DNA from: Perna viridis
Taxonomy: Eukaryota
Assembly (NCBI GenBank): GCA_037379345.1
Contig: CM074519.1
Span: 14,796,742 to 14,860,741, forward strand
Direction of reading: 5' to 3'
Length of the DNA stretch: 64,000 nucleotides
Shown: positions 11,151 to 23,759 of the stretch, in pieces
How the letters are laid out: each line of letters begins with the position of its first letter
Position numbering within the stretch: position 1 is the first letter of the stretch
Position numbers and translations under genes: made by a program
The notes under the pieces: model-generated
Seen by the model: only the letters and a program-made list of their open reading frames with translations
What the model was told of the DNA's origin: nothing
Database searches by the model: none

Positions 11151-13934
11151 GCATGGTGATATTACATTAACTACTCTTTAATGATGTAACAATTTGAAAC
11201 GTTGTATTGATTCAATTCAATGTTAAAAATACTTATAATAAATCTTTAAGGAAAGGAATGGAAGAAAGGGAAACCAAGGGAACCAGTAATTAAAATCAAT
11301 AAAAAATATTTTTCAAACGCAAAAATACTTCATAAATAAGGTGTACATGTGTCTAACCCTTTTTTGAAGTATAATCTACAAATACTGTATGTTTAAACTA
11401 AACAAAAAAAAAACTGAGATAAACCGACACTAAATCCCTGATAGAGTAGGATTAACGGTTTACTAAAGGATGTAAGTTCTTGATGCATAAACTCACTGCA
11501 GACAGTCATGTCGTTCCCATCCCTACCAAAAAGATTTGAAATATCGTTTCAAAAGAAAGCTATGTCTATACATCTGAAATATGAGAAGGCTTTTTAGATT
11601 CGAAGATTTAAACTATGCGTAATGTATGGTTGTATTTGATGTAAAGAAAAATGTGCATGTTACACAACATTCGTGGATGATTATTGACTTTAATTATAAA
11701 ACATCATTTTATTTGTGTTAACGCCTACCTAAATCATGTTGTATTTAATGTAATCAAAAACGCTTTCCTCTAGAAAAAAATGCAACCATTTCCTTTAGGA
11801 ATTTTAAAGAGAAAAAAAACGGATTTCTAGAGAAGTACATGAATGCAGTATGCTCTGTATTGCAAACACTTTTAGCCATTAATGAGCTGACCATGTCCAC
11901 CAAACTGGCCATAATGAGTAGCTGTCCATCTTTGTATCGAAGCAGCAATTGGACTTGGTCGGACAAACAGAGCTCGATATTGTCTTCATTGGTATATCTA
12001 AAATATTTTTTTTAAATTGTTTATGAGCTTACCACCTGACTATCACTTAAACATTTCCTCATATATGTATATTTCGTGCACATTGGTTCTGTTATTTTTT
12101 AAATTTGACTACCTCGCCGTTAGTATCAATTGATTCCCGAGCAATTTCATTGCCAGTCACTGCTTCAAAGTATTAATATACGATATTTGATACTTTTGAG
12201 TATTTTTTTTCTTCATGTTGGGGTATATGTATATGAGCTTAATACGTCTAAGTACAATTTTGTATATCATATCATTTAAACTTCTCTACCTTATTACATA
12301 TTGCTCAAAAGGGGGTACTTCTGCAATCATTACTCCAATTATTTGGGCAGAGGAAGAGCGACGCGCACAACTGTTACATTGCACAAAAACTATTCGGTCA
12401 TCTTGAAACCATACACGTTCGTCCCTACAACCTGATTAATTGCCAGTTTAAAATATGACAAATATCATAGGTTTTCTTCCTCTTTCAGGCGGCAGTACGT
12501 TGAGTGACTTTCAGGAAATGACAACTGCTCGCCTTTTCGAAACGCAAGATCATTTCAGATTTTTTTCGTTTCTTTGTGTATGCATTTTTTTTTCGGTTGC
12601 GTCATATCTTCAGATTTCCCCTCACTTGACTCTTCAGTTTTTTTTTATAATTTTCTCCACCCCTTACATCTGTGTATTTTGTTGCATCGTGTTTATCATT
12701 CTAATAAATCACCCAAACATAAATAAGATGGCCAAGAATGACATAACTCATAAACATATTCTTGTCAATAGTTCTAACAAAGATGGTCGTAGAAAAATAA
12801 CTTGGATGTTGTAAACAATGCGATAATTTCAAGAAATGTTTGGTTTTTTGGAAAATTATATAACTCAACATATACTTGTCCATCAAATAATCATTAATGT
12901 TTGGCCTATTACTATCTACCACCTTCAACATTTGCATGCATTTCTCGAGTAACGAATCCATATTAACAAACGCCACAATGCTTGTTAAGCATATCTTTAA
13001 ATTGGATCAAAATACACTTAGTAAAGGAAACTTTGACTTTTCCACCTTGATGTTCAAGGTTAGCAAGCTAACCATTTTACAACATTGTCATAGATCAGTC
13101 CAGTCAAAGATTGTAATCATCGCCAAAAGCGTCAATAAGTCATTTTCGCCGTTTATTGTCATATAAAAAGCTCCAATAATTTTCATATATAATCGATTTG
13201 AACGGTTCTGAATAACTTCTTAAATCTCGAGCTTGGATATAATCTTGAAGGAAGCAGCATTAAAAGGACTTTACAAATAAAGTTCTCCAAATGTCCCTAC
13301 GAAAACAAAAGTACGGATTCATTCCTGACGACTTTTGTATCCAGCACTGATTTTTTGGTCCAATATGCTCCTTACTTTCGCTGATACTTAAAGTTTTTAG
13401 AGTAATGCATACGTAAATATCCCAAAGGTTGTTAAAATGTAACGCTGACCATTTTAGTTTTATATGCTTGAAAAATACTTACATCTCGGATACCGCAGAA
13501 TGGACGAGAAGAAGATATTTAATTTATTGCATATAACTGATACAGGGTTTGTTGTATGTATATGTATTTTAGTCTATAGAACTCGTGCCATATGCCTAGT
13601 TTTTTTTAATACGGAAATCAGGAAAATGTCTTTATAATTAACCGCTCTGTAAACACTGAAATAGTCTTGCTATCAGAGAGACGTACAAAATCAGTGAACT
13701 TTGTTTTTGTTTTTAAATCTTACAAGAAAGATTTATTATATAGATAGCAGTGTTTTATCAAATATTCCCAGTGTAATTGAATTTCGATAATTCACACTGT
13801 GAAATAAATTCGGCAATTTTACTTTCGGACTTTCTCGCACCAAAACGTCACAACTTTGATATCAATCCGCCAATCACCTAATTTTAAATTCATGTTTAAA
13901 ATATCGATACATTATGAAGAAAATCTATATAATA

Positions 13935-14100
13935 AATAGGATAATCAATTGGTTATCGTGAATAACCAAAATATGATCACTCGTTCCAAGAACGCTTGGG
14001 GATTTAATTTAACTTGAGTTTCGCACACTCGTTAAAGCTAGGTGTTCTTCGGCATTCGGGTAGTTTTGGTTGTTCAATCTTTACAATTAATTATCCTATT
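13935..14100. repeat. Short fold-back (MITE/Crypton-like) element
   Basis: Termini AATAGGATAAT / ATTATCCTATT and inner arms AACCAAAA / TTTTGGTT. A partial related copy (GTGAATAACCAAAATATGATCA) lies at ~45356. Confidence 0.5.
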
Positions 14101-16159
14101 ATTATTAGTTGTATGAATTACGTAGTAAATATTTGAATTTATCACAAATTTAAAAACAATTCTTAGATATCAGAAAAGCTTATAATTGCTTTATATATTA
14201 CCTACACTTTTGTAAATAATTTATTCTACTAAAACTATACAATAAGACATATTTAGACATTCCCAATTGCAAGTTCATGTATTTTCGCAACATTCGCAGT
14301 TGACTCGATACAGGAAAAATAAGATACTGCGTAAAGGTCTGAGTATCGTATTAAATTTCCCATAGACTTCTACAGTGAAGTGCATATTTTTAGGATTTTT
14401 TTTTAAAAATATGTAAATTGATTCAATAAAACTTTCACTTATGTAGCATTTCTAAGGACATATGAAAAAATAATTTCCTGCAAAGAAAATAGGGTGAGTC
14501 CACGAAGATCGGGCAGAAAAGTAGTCTTGAATTATAAATAGCCATTTTCCCTATTTTCACGTTCGTTTTGCACTCACCAAACCAACCTTTTCAGTGGAAC
14601 ATTTTTATGTTATTATGTTAGATTTTCTTTTAAAAAGTTCTTCACCAAACAGTGTGATGTTTGCTCTATTTTATAAGTCATCGTTCATATCTTTTGACAA
14701 TACATTAGTTTGTAGAGAGGCAAAAAGAAAATACACTATATTTTTTATAGCAGCCATGTTTTGACGTACACCCGCTCAGGGATATGCAATACGATACTGG
14801 TACCTAAATTGCCAACCGTTTGTAAGAGCATAGCATTGAATCGTTTGTATATTTAATTTTCATGCCAGCGAAATCTAATCAAGATAATAGATAACATCCG
14901 GGGTCAACATGCATGTCTAGTATTCAGTTAGGATAATAAAACCAATTATACATGAATGAGTCATTAGGATTTTCTTTTAGCAGTATGTATCTATGGTACT
15001 GCATACATTTCAGATTATGCAATGAAACAAATAAATGGTGTCTCATTTAATTTATCACACATCAAACTAGAAAATTATAGTTCATTATATTTCTTGTTGT
15101 ACTCTTAAACTCCAAGCTTACTACAACTAAAACCTTTTGGTAATGAAATGTAGCTTTAAATTGTTCATCTACTAAACTCGATCTAGTGTTATCACATGGT
15201 GACCTATGTCACCATGGCAATTAACGTAAAAAAAACACTATTTTATGAAACTAATTGGGGTCAAAACTAAAGCGGTATGTTCGGTTTATACCTTAAATGA
15301 ACTTAAGTCATCGAAAAGGTAAGCTTTTTTTGTCGAAAAAAATCTTTTATGCTGTTCACCTATGCACTTTATGGAAGCCTTAGCTCAAAGAGAAACAAAA
15401 TTGTGTAAAATTGTGAAAATATTTGATTTCATTACATTTATTCCAAAAATTAATGCCGATAGTATCAAGACATTTTTTGTGTAATATTGTGCTTGTCGAA
15501 TCATGTCTACCGATAAGTTTGGATCGAAAAACTACCAGCAAACCTTCAAATATCGTAAGAAATCATTGAACGTTAAATTCACGAAATCATCTAGCTCAGA
15601 GGTAGAATAACAGAAATAATACCTTTTGGTTTCATACATTTATTCAGGCTCTTTATAAATAAACGCTGCAAGATACAACATATAATAAATATCACAGAAT
15701 TCATAGTCATATCTAAAATACATGGAATACGAGTAAAGAAACATATACGAGTTATAATTAGGACAGTGAACAGGATCGAATAAACAAGTTACAGTATGTA
15801 CATTTTAATTGTGCTAATCCAATGTTCAATCAGCATTGATAAATTACATCCATTGATTTCCATAGGCAATAAACATCATTAGTAATGCATATTCTTTACT
15901 ATTCTTACCAATTTATGGAATTGGGTTTACAGAAAACTTCCACTCATTCCATCAGCCCAGACTAGTGTAAAGGTACTATGAAAATAATGTAATAATTATA
16001 ATAAAAGGGATACAGACATATATGATCCCATAATTATTATTTATAAATATCATTTATAGATCAAATGTAACCTGACAATAGGAATTGCATATTGATTATG
16101 CAAATCAGAATCTAAATACAACTGATTTTGATTATGTGACTTTAATAAACGTTCGACAT

Positions 16160-17045
16160 TCTAATGGGAACAAATTGTGCTCCTCTACTTGCTGACCTAT
16201 TCCTTCACTCTTATGAGGCTGACTTTATAGCTGATCTGATCAGAAAGAAAGAATAGCCTTTAGCTAAATCCTTTAATCTCAGTTTCCGCTATATATGTAT
16301 GACGTATTATCTTTAAAAAATATTTATTTTGGAGATTTGATACATCGCACCTTCCAAAAGAACTTGAGATAAAGGATACTACAGACACTGTGAAGTCAGC
16401 CTCATATCTTGACCTACACTTAGAAATTGATGGTAAAGGAAAACTATTGACCAAATTTTACGACAAACGTGATGACCTTTCAGTCAAAATTGTCAACTTT
16501 CCTTTCATCTGTGGCAACATCCTTTCAACACCTGCATAAGGAGTGTTCATATCACAACTCATACGTTATGCCAGAGTTTGCCGAGACTACGCAGACTTTT
16601 TGTATCGCGCTAGATTTCTAACAAATAGGCTTCTGGAGCAGGGTTATGTTGCTACAAGATTGAAGTCATCACCACAAAAGTATTTTGGTCGTCATCATGA
16701 AATCGTGGATCGTTAGGGTGTATCCATTTGCGTCATAAAAACTGATTTGTTCAACGGGTCATAGTTTTCCTTTCCTCTTTCGTCTACCCCAGACTTTACT
16801 TTTTATGGGCAACTCGGCGGGTGTTTCTAGAAAAGCAGAGGACGCTTACCCTACCGGTGCACCTGGTCCATGCTCCCAGTTTTTAGTGGAGTCCGAGTTG
16901 CTCATTTGCTTTTGTTACTTTGTATGTATGATTTTAGTTACTTTATGTTCTTTGTTGTGTATGTCTGTTTTCCATGTCTGGTCTTTGTCCCTGGATCATT
17001 ACATTCTTTTGATTACCGCTATAACCTTGGTTCCCTTGATTATTC
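16160..17045 (+). mobile_element. Naiad-like Penelope-like element, 5'-truncated and decayed (RT C-terminal half plus 3' UTR)
   Basis: Translates to MGTNCAPLLADLFLHSYEADFIADL...KELEIKDTTDTVKSASYLDLHLEIDGKGKLLTKFYDKRDD with frameshifts; same 3' UTR as the other copies. Confidence 0.9.
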
Positions 17046-19545
17046 GTTACTCTTTATTTATTTAACATATAAATAGACCCACAACTGTAGAAGTCACGGT
17101 CCCTATCAGAATAACTGTATGTATAAAATATATCATTATACAAACAAACTACATATCTATACCATCAAACATCCACAGAATCAGAAATTTCTCTCTCCTA
17201 ACTTAACATACAGGCCAAAAGACATACTCACCTATAGAGGAAAGAAAACAATAGTATTCACTTCAAACGACATTCATACACCTCAAGTAAAGTGGGAAAC
17301 CTACAAGATAAAGAAATGGCTATAGTTCCAAAAGTACATTATGCTCTAACACTCTGTTACAACATATGCTAATTTTTCGTTATAGTCTGAGTTTTACAAA
17401 TGTCCAAACTAGTCACCATATCAAATCTCCGCAAAAGTGAAAACTGACCAATAAGAACTAATCATAAAAACTTACCTAGGTGTGACATTTGTCTTTAATT
17501 GCTAAACTGGACAGGTAGAAAAAAACTACAACCCAGAAGAATTAAGAATCAACTGACTACACCAAAAAAAATACTGAGCACATTGAATAGCAGATGATAA
17601 TATAATAAAGACTATGTACTATCCGGCAGGTAATAGGCAATAAAATACACTTTGTCACATAGATACGATACTTTGTGAGTTCATTTTGACACTTTAAGAT
17701 TCTAACAACTGTGAATTTGTTTGTAATTGTTAAAGTTATTCTTTTAACGCAAGAAAAATAGCCGAACAAGTATTTTCATGTGGTTAGTTTAACTTTTCAC
17801 TAAATACAGTCTGGACAGGAAACCAATTAGTATATACGAATGTATCCCTTGGTTGCTTTAAAAACTGTTTGATTTCAACAAAATATTAGATATATATTCA
17901 TTGTAATGAGGTTGTGAAAAACATGGATTAAAAAATAATCACCGAAAGTCGTCTCTGGGTCAAAGCTATATGAGAACTCCTTTTAAGAGTGTACTCAATT
18001 TAAGTGCTTTTTGGTGGCTTACTTTCTGATAAAAAAAAATGTTTTGGTGAGACGCAGAGACCAGAACATCTTTGACACCAAAATTAGGGTCATTTCTACA
18101 AAAAACCAACAAAAATTCTAAATGTTTACATCAATGACAACTCATATATGAGCAGTAGGAAGACTTGTGTGAAGTAATTAAAATACTACTTGAATAAAAT
18201 GGATAAAAGGTATTACAATTATTTCAGTTAAAGGATTTTTATAGTTATCATATTAAACAAAATCACTTTGACCGTTTATGAATAATTATCATATTCATAT
18301 ATAATTACAGATCGAGTATATAATTTATTCATTTAACATACAATACCTTTTCACATGTTAGTCGGAGATATAGAAGTAGGGTTATCATATAAAAGATATA
18401 CGCAGTGACCGTATTTTCAAAAGCAATAGAGTATATTCTCCAAAAAAATGACCTGTTCTTATTTTCTGATCGAGTATTCATTTATTTCCCTTCTGTTAAC
18501 ATACAATACATCTTCATATGTCAATCGGAGATGTTGTAATGCAGATATCATATTAAAAAGTTTATGATCGAGTATTCATTTATTCTCTTCCCGTAAACAT
18601 ACCATATCTCTTAGTGGATACATCGGAGCTTCAAGTGTTTGCAATCGATGAAAAATCGAAACTGTTGATAAACAATTGTCTCGTTTGTAACTTTTTAACG
18701 TAAAAATAATACGAAATTGTAATGAATATGAGGTTATTAAATAGAAATGGTTGCGAAATTTAAACATCCGATATTTTTTCTTGCAAAGTAGTTTATTGAT
18801 TATTGTTTATTTATTGTTTTTGATAAGATTTTGTTCATGATCATTGCCAGTTGTTGTTCCGGGTGATTGAAAGCATTCGGGTCAAAACGGTTACGAAAGA
18901 GTACGCCATAACATCAAGGGAAGCAAGATATTAGCGGAAGTTACCCGATTTTAGAGCATATCGCATTTGTACCATTTCGGATGTTGAAAGTAAGCTAAAA
19001 TCTGTGGCAGTGAATATTTGACGATTAGCGACTTTGAAGACTTCAGTCTTTGATTATATATATATATATGTTTTGCACGATTGTTTTCCATTCGTTCTTA
19101 ACTTGTTTAAATGTATGGCTTAGAAATTGCTGAAATAGCTAAATAAAAAGGTTTTAACGAGTTAAACATGATGATAACAACGGATGACCCATTGATGAAT
19201 AACAGTAACCTTATTTTGCTTCATCTTGGTTTCCTATATTCACGTTCAGGCCATGCTTTTGGATTTTGACATATTTGAATTACTCCACTGGCCTGCTGAC
19301 GCTTCGGAATGTTTTTATCGATATTTCGATTTAAATTCAATCAGAAGTTAATAAGGAATGCTATTTCAATATGTATCACGATTTACAGATGTAGATATTA
19401 AACTACGTATTCCTACTTTTTTGTCCCACTTACTGACAACAATATCAGGGATTGTCTTATCTTCACAGTAGGTCAAATATTGGAGAGTTGCTATCGCAGA
19501 GGTTGTGGTTTTGTAGAACATATAGCTGAAAAAATTTATTTTGAA

Positions 19546-21069
19546 ATGTTTTGTCATTGTTTTCTTGCTTTACTTTGTATCGTTGGAGTAAAGGGCACCG
19601 TCCTGAATGATGATAGTCTTTTGCAAGAGTTTGAGGATGAATTCGAAACACTACGAGATTTAGTGAAAGATTTGGAATCAAGATTGGAGGACAACGAGAG
19701 GACGAACTCCGACTATGCTGACAGGATAGAGGAAGCAGAACACATTATTAAAGGCTATGCAAATGATCACAAAGGTATGAAAAAAGAGTGACTTTCTATA
19801 ATTAGTAAGGTCTGTGTTTATTACTTTATCATTCGAAAGAATTTCTGAAGTAGTCTTATCACAATAACAAATGACCGAATATGAGGTCAATGATCTATGC
19901 TTACTATTTGTTTTTTTAAGCATTAATATATTAAAGTACTTATAATTATTGTTTATGAGTAAATCGTCTTGGGGCGATATGTTATGTAAGGAACGTGCTA
20001 AATGTCTGCAAAATGTTTTTTCACGCTATTTATGTTTCCAGTCAACAGAAGAGCTTACACAGAAGCGCAAGTAGCATTTTATGCCAAGCTGTCTGGTAGT
20101 TTACACGGTCTCAGTCCCCATCAAACCGTTATTTTTGATGAAGTAAGTTGAAATATCTTCATACGATAAATGTATAGAAATTCTGTTTCGATTTCAATTG
20201 TCTAATATATTGTGTATTTGAAAGAGATATTGAACCTGGAAAAGAAACACAATTTTCAAAAATATTATCTTTTATGACGGCAACAATTCTACTCCGACTT
20301 CATTCGATCACTAGAGCAATTGTCTTTACAGTTTCAAAAAAGACCTTCAGAGAAATTAGCAACTGATCACTGTTGTGTGTAGTTTTTCTGCACAAGTACT
20401 TTTTAATTCTGTAGTTATATAACAATTAAGAACTTCTAAAGCTAGATTTCAATGTAACTTTTGCAGCTTGTGACAAACACATCGTCGTCGTTGTATGATA
20501 CCTCTACCGGAATTTTCACACCTCCTACTTCCGGTATGTACGTCATTTCGTGGACAGCAAACGTAAACCATCAAGAGAACCAGGCTACAGAACTAATGGT
20601 GAACGGTAGAGCACAGGCTTGGGCATACGCTGATACAGCAGGGAGTGGTGACGGTGATTACGGAAGCGCGTCCCAAACTGTTGTTCTACAGGTAAAAAGC
20701 CAATGTTCAATGTACCCTGCTTTTTATATTACAATATACACTCCCTGATTAATGTACTCATCAGTATTTCTAAGAAATCTTGAAATAAATTTCATCTCAA
20801 TAGCAACTAAATAATACAGAGTACTATTTATTTTTCCCACATATACATGTACCTGCACAATGCATTAATATGTAAACAATATCAACCTTTGGAATGACAT
20901 TTCGTTCTATTTCCTTTTTCCTCTTCCTCTTCATATTGCACTGTTCTTTTTCCTCCAGGTCAACCGAAATGATAAAGTTTGGGTCCGAACTGGCACCAAT
21001 GGGAAAGGCGATGTCCATGGCGCCGACTACAGCACATTTTCTGCCTTCCTTTTATTTCCGCATTCATAG
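19546..21069 (+). CDS. Secreted C1q-domain-containing protein (signal peptide, coiled coil, gC1q), 221 aa
   Basis: Exons 19546-19774, 20042-20142, 20467-20691 and 20959-21069 (666 nt, GT-AG, phases 1/0/0). Signal peptide MFCHCFLALLCIVGVKG; acidic heptad segment; C1q motifs VAFYA, TVIFD, YDTSTGIFTPPTSGMYVISW, SQTVVLQV..NDKVWVR, YSTFSAFLL. AATAAA at ~21077. Confidence 0.93.
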
Positions 21070-21224
21070 ATTATGAAATAAACTTTTTTTATAAATTTAT
21101 ATGTTTACTCTTATTATGTGTAACTGTTCGATGCACTCAAAACATAAGTGTTTAATTATTTAATTAGGAAGAATCTGTTCACAACCTCATTTGAAACATA
21201 TATATTGTAATTTTCAAGAGGAAA

Positions 21225-22570
21225 GTGTGATCAAGGGAACCAAGGTTATAGCGGTAATCAAAAATGTAATCCAGGGACAAAGACCAGACATGGAAAACAG
21301 ACATACACAACAAAGAACATAAAGTAACTAAAATCATACATACAAAGTAACAAAAGTAAATGAGCAACTCGGACTCCACTAAAAACTGGGAGCATGGACC
21401 AGGTGCACCGGTAGGGTAAGCGTCCTCTGCTTTTCTAGAAACACCCGCCGAGTTGCTCATAAAAAGTCAAGTCCGGGATAGACAAACGACGAAAGGAAAA
21501 CTATGACCCGTTGAATAAATCAGTTTTCATGGTGCAGATGGATACATCATAACGATCCACGAGTTCATGAAGACGACCATAAAACTTCTGTAGTGATGAC
21601 TTCAATCTTAAAGCAACATAATCCTGTTCCAGAAGCCTATTTGTAAGAGTTCTAGTGCGATACAAAAAGTCTGCGTAGTTTCGGCAAGCTCTGGCATAAC
21701 GTATGAGTTGTGATGTGAACACTCCATACGCAGGTGCTGAAGGAATGTTGCCACAGATGAAAGGAAAGTTGACAATTCTAAATGAAAAGTCATCACGTTT
21801 GTCGTAAAGTTTGGTCAATAGTTTTCCTTTACCATCAATTTCTAAGTGTAGGTCAAAATATGAGGCTGACTTCACAGTGTCTGTAGTATCCTTTATCTCA
21901 AGTTCTTTTGGGTAGATGCGATGTATCAAATCCCCGAAATTAGGATTGTTTAAAGATAATATGTCATCTATATAGCGGAAACTGAGATTGAAGGATCTAG
22001 CCAAACGATATTCTTTCTTTCTGATCAGATCAGCTATAAAGTCAGCCTCATAAGAGTGAAGGAATAGGTCAGCAAGTAAAGGAGCACAATTTGTTCCCAT
22101 TGGAATGCCGACCGTTTGTTGAAAAACACGTCCACCACACTTGACAAATATGTTGTCGATTAAAAATTCCAGCATTTTTTAAACATATTCCCCTGTATAT
22201 TTGGAAGATGATTTTGCATTATTTCTTACAAAGTATGAGGAATCTCTACCAAGAACTATAGATTTGTATCTAGGTGTACCATCTTTTTTGAAAAAAACAA
22301 CGATGTATGACGTTTTTAAGTCGGGATTTTAACTGAGTATGGGGAATAGAAGTATACAGTATTGAAAAATCATAGGTTTTAATGCTATTATATTCAGATA
22401 ATAGTCTTGAACTAATTGTTTCCAAAAGATCTTTCGAATTTTTCAGGATTCACATTGAATTAATACCACTACGAGAGTAACAAGTGTTGTGGTATGACTG
22501 CAGACCCTCTTTGACAGTTGTGAGTATAGAAGTTAAAAGTTTTGAAAGAGGATTGTTGGTACATTTTGCT
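21225..22570 (-). mobile_element. Naiad-like Penelope-like element: RT core with the ORF ending after the thumb (no C-terminal GIY-YIG), plus 3' UTR
   Basis: ORF 21501-22175 contains QQTVGIPMGTNCAPLLADLFL, FRYIDD, YDKRDDF and SQLIRYARAC. Upstream broken frames give PLSKLLTSIL...YSRSGINSM*ILKNSKDLL and IKTYDFSILYTSIPH. An RT at the C-terminus fits the N-terminal-endonuclease Naiad clade (inference; the endonuclease itself is not present here). Confidence 0.9.
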
Positions 22571-22951
22571 ATTCCTAAACTTGTAACTCGTAGTTAAACG
22601 ATATATATAATTACATACTTAAGTACGAAGTATTTGATTATTTTAGAACAAGAAACAATCACCAATTTGAATTTAAAGGGGAAACATGAAGTCTTCTAAA
22701 ATTTACTGAAAAAATCAAAGCCTCTGTCCACAAAAGAGTTAGACTAATGAATCTCTACACACACAACAGATGAATGAACTTGAGTTGTTGGATCATTTGA
22801 TTTTTTTTACCGCAAAGTAGAAAACCATAAAACTTCAAAAGCAACCAAAACGAAAGCAACATAAGCTACATTTACCCACATTCTCCGCTTCGAACATTCT
22901 ATTTTTAGTTTTCCGTTATTGACACAGTTTAAAATAAAAGAGTAGTCAAGG

Positions 22952-23348
22952 AAAGTGTAATCAGGGGAACCAAGGTTATAGCGGTAATCAAAAGAATGTA
23001 ATCCAGGGACAAAGACCAGACATGGAAAATAGACATACATAACAAAGAACATAAAGTAACTAAAATCATACATACACAGTAACAAAAGTAAATGAGCAAC
23101 TCGGACTCCACTAAAATCTGGGAGCATGGACCAGGTGCACCGGTAGGGTAAGCGTCCTCTGCTTTTCTAGAAACACCCGCCGAGTTGCTCATAAAAAGTC
23201 AAGTCCGGGATAGACAAACGACGAAAGGAAAACTATGACCCGTTGAATAAATCAGTTTTCATGGTGCAGATGGATACATCATAACGATCCACGAGTTCAT
23301 GATGACGACCATAAAACTTCTGTAGTGATGACTTCAATCTTGTAGCAA
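22952..23348 (-). mobile_element. Second copy of the Penelope 3' end (RT tail plus 3' UTR) upstream of the previous copy; pseudo-LTR
   Basis: Near-identical to 21225-21615, including private variants not seen in the 16 kb and 38 kb copies. Confidence 0.88.
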
Positions 23349-23716
23349 ATTAGCAAAAACCGGCACTTGGCATATATTACCAACCAAATACTTTCAATGA
23401 AAACCTGTTGGAAACTACATGTATGATATGTATACAATTATTGTTTTCAATGAAAGGCATCCACGCTTGTTTCAATTCAAAATATATCAACAGTATTATG
23501 ACATCTAGGACACTGTAGGTGGGACCTATGATCTGAAATTTAAACAATTAAACAAACGCAATAAAACAAAACATATAAAGATGGGAATAACGCAAATCCG
23601 GTTTTCCGACTTATGTTTCCAGTGTAAACATATCTTTTTCCTACAAAAAAAGTAATTACAAAATAAACAGAAATGTCCATCCGATTTCTATTTCCCGTAC
23701 ATGATTTTATTTTCAA

Positions 23717-23724
23717 TATAAAAG
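23717..23724 (+). promoter_or_regulatory. Putative TATA box of the small secreted protein gene
   Basis: TATAAAAG 43 nt upstream of a good Kozak ATG (GCCATGG) at 23760. Confidence 0.5.
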
Positions 23725-23759
23725 ATCAACTAGCTACCTCAGCGTAAACTGCAATAGCC

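Noticed and set aside
16805-17065. Recurrent ~85-aa hydrophobic ORF ([20 protein letters not shown]...) at five loci
   Set aside because: It is the T-rich 3' UTR of the repeated Penelope element. Recurrence reflects nucleotide identity, copies carry frameshifting indels, and the stops vary.
22450-22452. In-frame TGA in the Naiad-like RT, a possible selenocysteine as reported for some clam Naiads
   Set aside because: It falls at a position expected to be Trp (M-W-ILKNS; TGG>TGA), the copy also has frameshifts, and I see no convincing SECIS.
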